Origin: the human T2T-CHM13v2.0 reference genome, Homo sapiens
Length of the DNA stretch: 64,000 nt
Direction: 5' to 3' (one strand)
Assembly: GCF_009914755.1 (NCBI RefSeq)
Contig: NC_060933.1
Positions 57,115 to 64,000 of this stretch are shown here, in pieces; positions within the stretch are counted from its first letter, which is position 1, and each line of letters starts with the position of its first letter. The notes below the pieces were generated by a model. That model ran no database searches, was not told where the DNA came from, and was given only the letters and a program-made list of their open reading frames with translations. A program made the position numbers and the translations under genes.

Positions 57115-57465
57115 TGTATTAGTCCATTTTCATGCTGTTGATAAAGACATACCCAAGACTGGGAAGAAAAAGAGGTTTAATGGACTTACAGTTCCACATG
57201 GCAGGGGAGGCCTCACAATCATGGCGGAAGGCAAGGAGGAGCAAGTCATGGATGGTAGCAGGCAAATAGAGAGCTTGTGCAGGGAAACTCCCATTTTTAA
57301 AACCATCCAATCTTGTGAGACTTATTCACTATTCTGAGAACAGCACAGGAAAGATCTACCCCATAATTCAATCACCTCCCACCAGGTTCCTCCCATGACA
57401 CATGGGAATTGTGGGAGTTACAATTCAAGATGAGATTTGTGTGGGGACACAGCCAAACCATATCA
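57115..57465 (-). mobile_element. THE1-type (ERVL-MaLR) solo LTR
   Basis: TGTATTAGTCC...CCAAACCATATCA termini; perfect 5-bp TSD GGTGG at 57110-57114 and 57466-57470. Confidence 0.92.
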
Positions 57466-57499
57466 GGTGGTAATATCAAACTCATCAGTAATAGCAATA

Positions 57500-60400
57500 A
57501 GGTAGAGTCTGCCCATTCCCAGATGGCTTCACTGGTGAACTATACCAAACATTTAAATAAGAATCAATACCAGTTATCACAAACTCTTACAAAAAACAGA
57601 AGAGGAGGGAACACATCCCAATTCATTTGATGAGGCTAGTATTACCCTGATATCAAAACTAAAGACATCACAGGAAAAGGAAACTATCCTTTTCCTTTAT
57701 GAATCAATATCCTTTATGAATACAGACACAGAAATCTTCAACAAAACACTAGCAAACTGAATCCAGCAACATATAGAAAGGACTGTATACTGTGACCAAG
57801 TGGAATTAATCCCAAGTATGCAAGGTCTTTTAACATCTGAAATCAATTAATGTATTATGCCATCTCAATAGATGCAGAAAAAGCGTTCGAGAATGTCTAA
57901 CACCCTGTCGTGATTTAAAAACAAAAACAAAACCAAACCTCAATAAATAAGATTAGAAAAGAACCTCCTCCATTTGATAAAAGGCATCTATGAAAAACCC
58001 ACAGATAACACTTAATAGTGAAAGACTGAAAGCTTTGCACTTAAGATCGGGAATAAGACAAGGAAGTCTGCTCTTGCCATTTCCATTCAACATTATACTG
58101 GGGGTTCTGTCCAGGGTAATTTGGTAAGTAAAAGCAATAAAAGATATCTAGATAGGAAAGGAAAAATTAAAACCATCTATATTTGCACGTGATGTGATCT
58201 GGTATATAGAAAATCCTAAGGCACCCACCCACCCACACAAACACACACACACACACAAAACCATTAGAACTAACACTAACAAGTTCAGCAAGTTTATAGG
58301 ATATACAAAAATTAATTATATTTCTGTACCCTTGAAATGAACAACCCAAAAATAAAACTTCAAAAATAATTCCACTATATAGCATCAAAGAAAAGAAAAT
58401 ATTTGGGAATTAATTCAACAAAAGAAATGTCAAACTTTTTTTTTTTTTTTTTAATTTGTAGAGATGGGAGTCTCACTATGTTGCTCAGCCTGATTTTGAA
58501 CTTCTGGGCTCAAGCAATCCTCACATTCAGCCTCCCAAAGTGTTGGGATTGCAGGCATGAGCCATTGTGCCCGGTCAGAAATGTCAAACTTAAACTCTGA
58601 AAACTACAAAATATTATTAAAGGAAATTAACAAAGATCTAAATAATTGAAAAGGCACCCCATCCCATTTTCATGGTTCAGATGATTTAATATTATTAATA
58701 GGAGGTCATGGGAGGATGACTGCTTGAGCCCAGGAGTTCCTGACCACCCTAGGCAACAAAGTGAGACCATATCTCCACAAATAACAATAATTTAAAAAAA
58801 AATTGCTAAGATAACACTATTCCCAAAATTGAAATACAGATTCAATCCAATTTTTCTCAAAATCCCAACTGCCTTCATTGCAAAAAATGACAAATTGCTC
58901 CTAAAGTTTGTATGGAAATTCAAGAGACTCAGAATAGCCAAAATAATCTTGAAGAAGAACAAAGTTCTTCTTTTGTGAGAACAAAATAACTTATATTTCT
59001 GATTGCAAAACTTACTACAAGGCTACAGTAATCAAGACAATGTTGTATAGGTATAAGGATAGATATAGATTAATGGAATAGAATTAAGATACAGAAATAA
59101 AACTTCATCTTCAGCTAAAAGTTGAGAGATGGGAAAAAATATTTTTTTAAAACCCTTTATGCTTACAATCAGCTGATTTTTTACACAGGTGCCAAGACAA
59201 TTCAATGGGGAAAGAATAATGTTTTCAATACATGGTGTAAGCACAACTGGATATACACATGCAAAAGAATGAAGTTGGATCCCTATCTTAAACTATATAA
59301 AAACATTAAATGATTGAAAGGCCTAAATCTCAGAACTAAAATTATAAAACTCTTAGAAGAAAATGCAGAGGCAAATCTTTGTGACCTTGGATTTGACAGT
59401 GGTTTCTTAGATATTATACCACCAGAAGCACATTCAGGAAAAAATTGAAAAATCTGACTTTATCAAAATTAGAACAGATAACTCACTGAATAGGAGAAAA
59501 TATTTAAAAATTATATGTCTGATAAGGGACATGTATCTAGAATATATAAAGAACTTTACTACTCAATAATAAAAAGATAGATGACCCAATTTAAAGGTGG
59601 GCCAAGGATCCAAACAGACATTTATTCAAAGAAGATATATGAACAACCAAGAAGCATATGAAAAGATACTCAGTATCATTAGTCATCTGGGAAATTCAAA
59701 TTAAATCACAATGAGATATCACTTCACCTCCACTAGGATGGCTACAATCAAAAAGACATTATAACCAGTGTTGTGGATATAGAAATTTCAGAACACTCAT
59801 CTTGCTGGTAGAATTATAAAATGGTACAGCCACTTTGAAAACTGAAAAACAGTTTTGCAGCTTCTTAAAAAGTTAAACATAAAGTTACCATATAACATAG
59901 CTATTCCAGCCAGGGGTGTGGTGGCTTATGCCTGTAATCCCAGCACTGTAGAAGCCTGGGCAGGATGATCACTTGAGCCCAAGAGTTTGAGATCAGCCTG
60001 AGTAACAGAGACCCCATCTCTGAAAAGAGAAGGGACGGGAGGGGAAGGGAGGGGAAGAGAGGGGAATGGAAGGGGGGGAGGGAGGAGGAAAGAGAGGGGA
60101 GGGGAGGGAAGGGAAGGGAGAAAGAAAGAAAGGCAGGCAGACAATTCTACTTCTAGGATATACCCAAGAAAATTGAAAGCTTATGTTTACACAAAAACTT
60201 AGACATGAATGTTCATAGCATAATGATTAATAATAGCCAAAAGTATAAGTAATGCAAATGTCCAGCAACTGATAAGTGAATAAACAAAGCATGGTATATC
60301 ATACAATAGAATATTATTTAAACCTAAAAGGGACTAAATGTGCTACAATGTAAAATTAATCTAGAAAATATTACGCTAAGTAAAAGGCCACATATTGTAT

Positions 60401-60660
60401 TATTCCATTTACATGAAATGCCTTCAAACCATGGAGATAGAAAGTTGATATTTAGTTGCCAGAGGCTGGAGAGACGGGTCAGTGAGAGTCATTGTTTCAC
60501 GGGTACAGAGTTTCAGTCTGGGAAGATGAAAAAGTTCTGGATATGGATGGTGGTGATGGATGCACAACAATGTGAATGTACCTAATATCACTGAACTGTA
60601 TATCTAAAAATGATTAAAATGGTCAATTTTATGTTTATATATATTTTACCACAATAAAGA
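57500..60660 (+). mobile_element. Degraded old L1 (L1M-type) ORF2 and 3'UTR, interrupted by Alu monomers
   Basis: A-rich ORF2 remnants (YNQLIFYTGAKTIQWGKNNVFNTWC...MKLDPYL) and an L1M-like 3' end. Confidence 0.8.
60025..60132 (+). repeat. Polypurine (GGA/GGAA) low-complexity tract
   Basis: Nearly pure A/G run following an Alu monomer. Confidence 0.85.
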
Positions 60661-62259
60661 ATTATTTTCACAGAAAAAGGAGAGAGAGAGAGAGATGAAT
60701 TGAATGTGGCAAAATCCTAATAATGGAATCTAGATGATGGGCATATAGTTATTTTTTTAAATACTCTTCTCTCTAATTTTGTTTGAAAATTTTTCATAAC
60801 TAAAAACATAATATGGAGACAGGCAAAATAGGTGTCTTCTTGATGACAATTCAGCCTGATGGGGCAAATATATGGAAAAACTTGTTGCAAAACAAATAAC
60901 AAACACAGCTTTGACCATGCCTTTCTCCTGCCTGAAAGCCCTCTGAGAGCATCGTATCACCTACAGGGAAAAAAGACTCTCTGTGACCCTCTCCTCTGCT
61001 CACCTTGCCACCTCATCCTGCTTCTCCCTGACTTCCATTTCTTGAGCAACACCAAATCCCTTGTAAATTTCCCAAACATGCCCTGATCTGTGCCATTCTT
61101 CATGCCATGTATGCACCCTGCTTAACAATCCAGTCTCCCTCCCTCTGCTTAACCTCTCCTTAAAAACTGGCTTGATCACCAGCTCCTCCAGGGAGTATCT
61201 TCTGACCCTCTGCTGAACTGTCCCTCATCTGTGTTTCCATAGCTCACTGTCCATAATTTGTCATAGCATCAAACACACCAGATTCAGACTACCAAATTTG
61301 TGCAAATGCACATACACACTCAGATCCCAAGAACCTAGAAACCGGTATATCAAAGGCATAGTGTGAATTCTGTGAAGGAGTTTCTGTACCAGGGAAAGCT
61401 CCACTAACTTTTAAACTTGCTAGGTATTTCTCCAGCTTTATGAACATTTAATGTCAGATATCCCTGCAGAGACCACTTAAAAGTTTACTTTTGCTCTAGG
61501 CTGAAAACAGTATACCTGAGGAAAAACAGTAACATGACTTACACCTTAGAAAATATCCACTTTTAGTTTTCGCCTAAATAGTGCAGGTAATTTTGAGTCT
61601 ACAAGGCTTCTGAAAAAGAGCAGGGGATGCCAGGTGCTTGGGAGTGGGGGTTGAAGGGTGGAAATGGGACTTCATGCCTAAGTATACGAATTTCAGTTTG
61701 AGAAGATGAAAAAATTCCTACCCATTGCACCCTCCAGTTCCCATCCGAAAAGACAACCACCTTCATCTACAGCTCTTTTCTCTGCTATTTTACCTCAATG
61801 TTTAAATATAATACACTGATATTGCTTGATTTCTTAATTTTAAGAGAATGTGTTGACTTCCTGACAAGGTAGATGTGGTTTTGGCTCTTCCTATTTCCAC
61901 ACTCTTCATCCCTCCCTCTCCACGCTTTGCTAACACACGGCATAGTTACAGCACAATTTCTGGTTAAATCAGAAGCCATTTTTTACAATATTACCAGTGC
62001 AAATATTGTTATCTGCCTTGACAGATTGTACATTTTATGCAATCCTTTATTTTTCATGGAGTTGGTGATTGCCTCGTTTCAGTCCATTGTTTGTTATTCT
62101 ATATACTTTGTTAATTTCTTCCACTATTCTGGCATTGGAGTCTTTTGCCTCGCCTTAATAGATTGCAACATTCCATTTCCATTTTTCCTCTGGAGACTTC
62201 CCACTCTGTGCTCCTCCCACTTTGGGGGGGCTGCTCTTCAGGCCTGCTGCACAGCTGTC

Positions 62260-62630
62260 TTTTCTTTAATTGTGGTAAAATATGCATAACAAAATTTATC
62301 ATCTTAACAATTTTTACATGTACATTCAGTACATACACAGTGTTAAGTGTATTCATACTGTTGTGCAGCCATCACCACCATCCATCTCCAGAACTCTTCT
62401 CATCTTGCAAAACTGAAATTCTGTACCCATGAAACAATACCTCCCCATCCCCACCTCACCCTAGTGCCTGGCATCCACCATTCTTCTTTCTGTCTCTGTG
62501 AATTTGACGACTCTAGGTACTGCATAGAAGTGGAAACATACAGTATATATATCCTTTCGTGACTGGCTGATTTCACTTGGCATAATATTCTCAAGGTTCA
62601 TACACGTTGTAGCATGTGTCATATTTCCCT
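62260..62630 (-). mobile_element. L1MB-like 3' fragment
   Basis: TAATTGTGGTAAAATATGCATAACAAAATTTATCATCTTAAC... is the reverse of an L1M 3' end. Confidence 0.65.
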
Positions 62631-63484
62631 CCCTTTTTGTACACCTGTCTTTTATACCTTCCTGCACTGCTCTCCTTCTTAGATCCACTTAGATCACTTT
62701 TATTCCACTTTCTTGCTTTACCTGTCCATTTTGCTAGAGGTCCATAACCTCCGGTATCTTCTTAAATAAAGAGAATATGAGGCTGGGCACAGTGGCTCAC
62801 GCCTGTAAAACAGAGTGACTCTGTCTTTTCTCAAAGATCTACTGATGGCCACACAAGGCATCTCCTTGCTGTGTTAGGTATATCATCCTATGTCCTATTT
62901 CTTGTGGCATCATTGAGCCCACAGCAGGCCTCATTTTGAACTTCCACATGTGGCATTTTTTGAAAAATCTGTAGCTGTGGCAATACTGAGCTTGCATTTC
63001 CTCGTAGTTGCCAAGTTATGGCTGCCCCCAGTAAAGGGAAATTTAGAGACAATGCTTGCAAAGCTCCTACCAATAAGCCTGGTGAAGCACTTACTCAACA
63101 AATGGAAGTTGTTCTTTTTCATGGGATTACAGTTATTCAAAGGTTCAGAATTTAAAAGTGTTCAGAAGAAAAGGGGAGCCAGACCTGATATTTGTAGATT
63201 GGCTTAGATTTGGAGGTTTTTAAAAAATACTATTGAGTTGCCATCCTTGGCAAGGAGCTTGTATGTACAGCGATAGCTATAGATCCAAGCCAATCTACAA
63301 ATGTGTGTGTAGCACCTGGTTACGAGCATGGAACCTGGAGCTAGATTGCCTGGATTTGAATCCTGGCTTTACCACTCTCAGGCTGACTTTTCTTTTTTGT
63401 GTCTGTGTTTTCTCATCTCTAAAATGGGGATAATAATCGTACCAACATACCTTGAGTTTTGAGTTAATATATATGAACCAGCTT

Positions 63485-63742
63485 AGCATAATATTAGGCA
63501 CATACTAAACATTATATGAATGTTTGCTTATTATTTTTCAATAAGCTTATATGATAGGATCACTTAACTCAGCATAATATTAGGCATATACTAAACATTA
63601 TATGAACATTTGCTTTTTATTTTTCAATAAGCTTATATGATAGGATCACTTTACTCAGCATAATATTAGGCATACACTAAACATTATATGAATGTTTGCT
63701 TTTTATTTTTCAATAAGCTTATATGATAGGATCACTTTACTC
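63485..63742 (+). repeat. 86-bp tandem repeat x3
   Basis: AGCATAATATTAGGCA starts at 63485, 63571 and 63657; units nearly identical. Confidence 0.95.
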
Positions 63743-63823
63743 CTTGAGTACATTGTTTTCTTTGGGCTACAGAAGGCTCCCTGGTTGAAAGGACACATTT
63801 GTTTTCTTGGTTGTCATTCCAAT

Positions 63824-64000
<177 letters not shown>

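Noticed and set aside
63485-63742. CRISPR-like array
   Set aside because: Head-to-tail full-unit repeats with no unique spacers, in a human context with no cas genes

Overview
Human genomic DNA. It is Alu-dense, and a human-specific AluYb8-type element sits at the right edge. From the translated exons I recognise the FRMPD1-TRMT10B-EXOSC3 locus (9p13.2, from memory). The window holds the last four coding exons and short 3'UTR of FRMPD1 (+). It holds all of TRMT10B (+): a non-coding exon 1 plus 8 coding exons that I spliced by hand to 951 nt = 316 aa. It holds all of EXOSC3/RRP40 (-): 4 exons, 828 nt = 275 aa, convergent with TRMT10B. Repeats include a solo LTR12C just upstream of the TRMT10B promoter, a truncated L1PA, a THE1 LTR with perfect TSD, about 40 Alu copies or fragments, and several tandem repeats. 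I found no wholly new gene system. The best leads are: (1) an FFAT-like motif next to a Homer-type PPxxF motif in FRMPD1; (2) an orphan CpG island with a perfect TATA box and splice donors 2 kb upstream of EXOSC3; (3) convergent CTCF-like motifs bracketing TRMT10B+EXOSC3; (4) a splice-switchable uORF in TRMT10B; (5) the LTR12C as a possible alternative promoter carrying an expanded G4 repeat. Repeat subfamily calls and boundaries were made by eye and are approximate.
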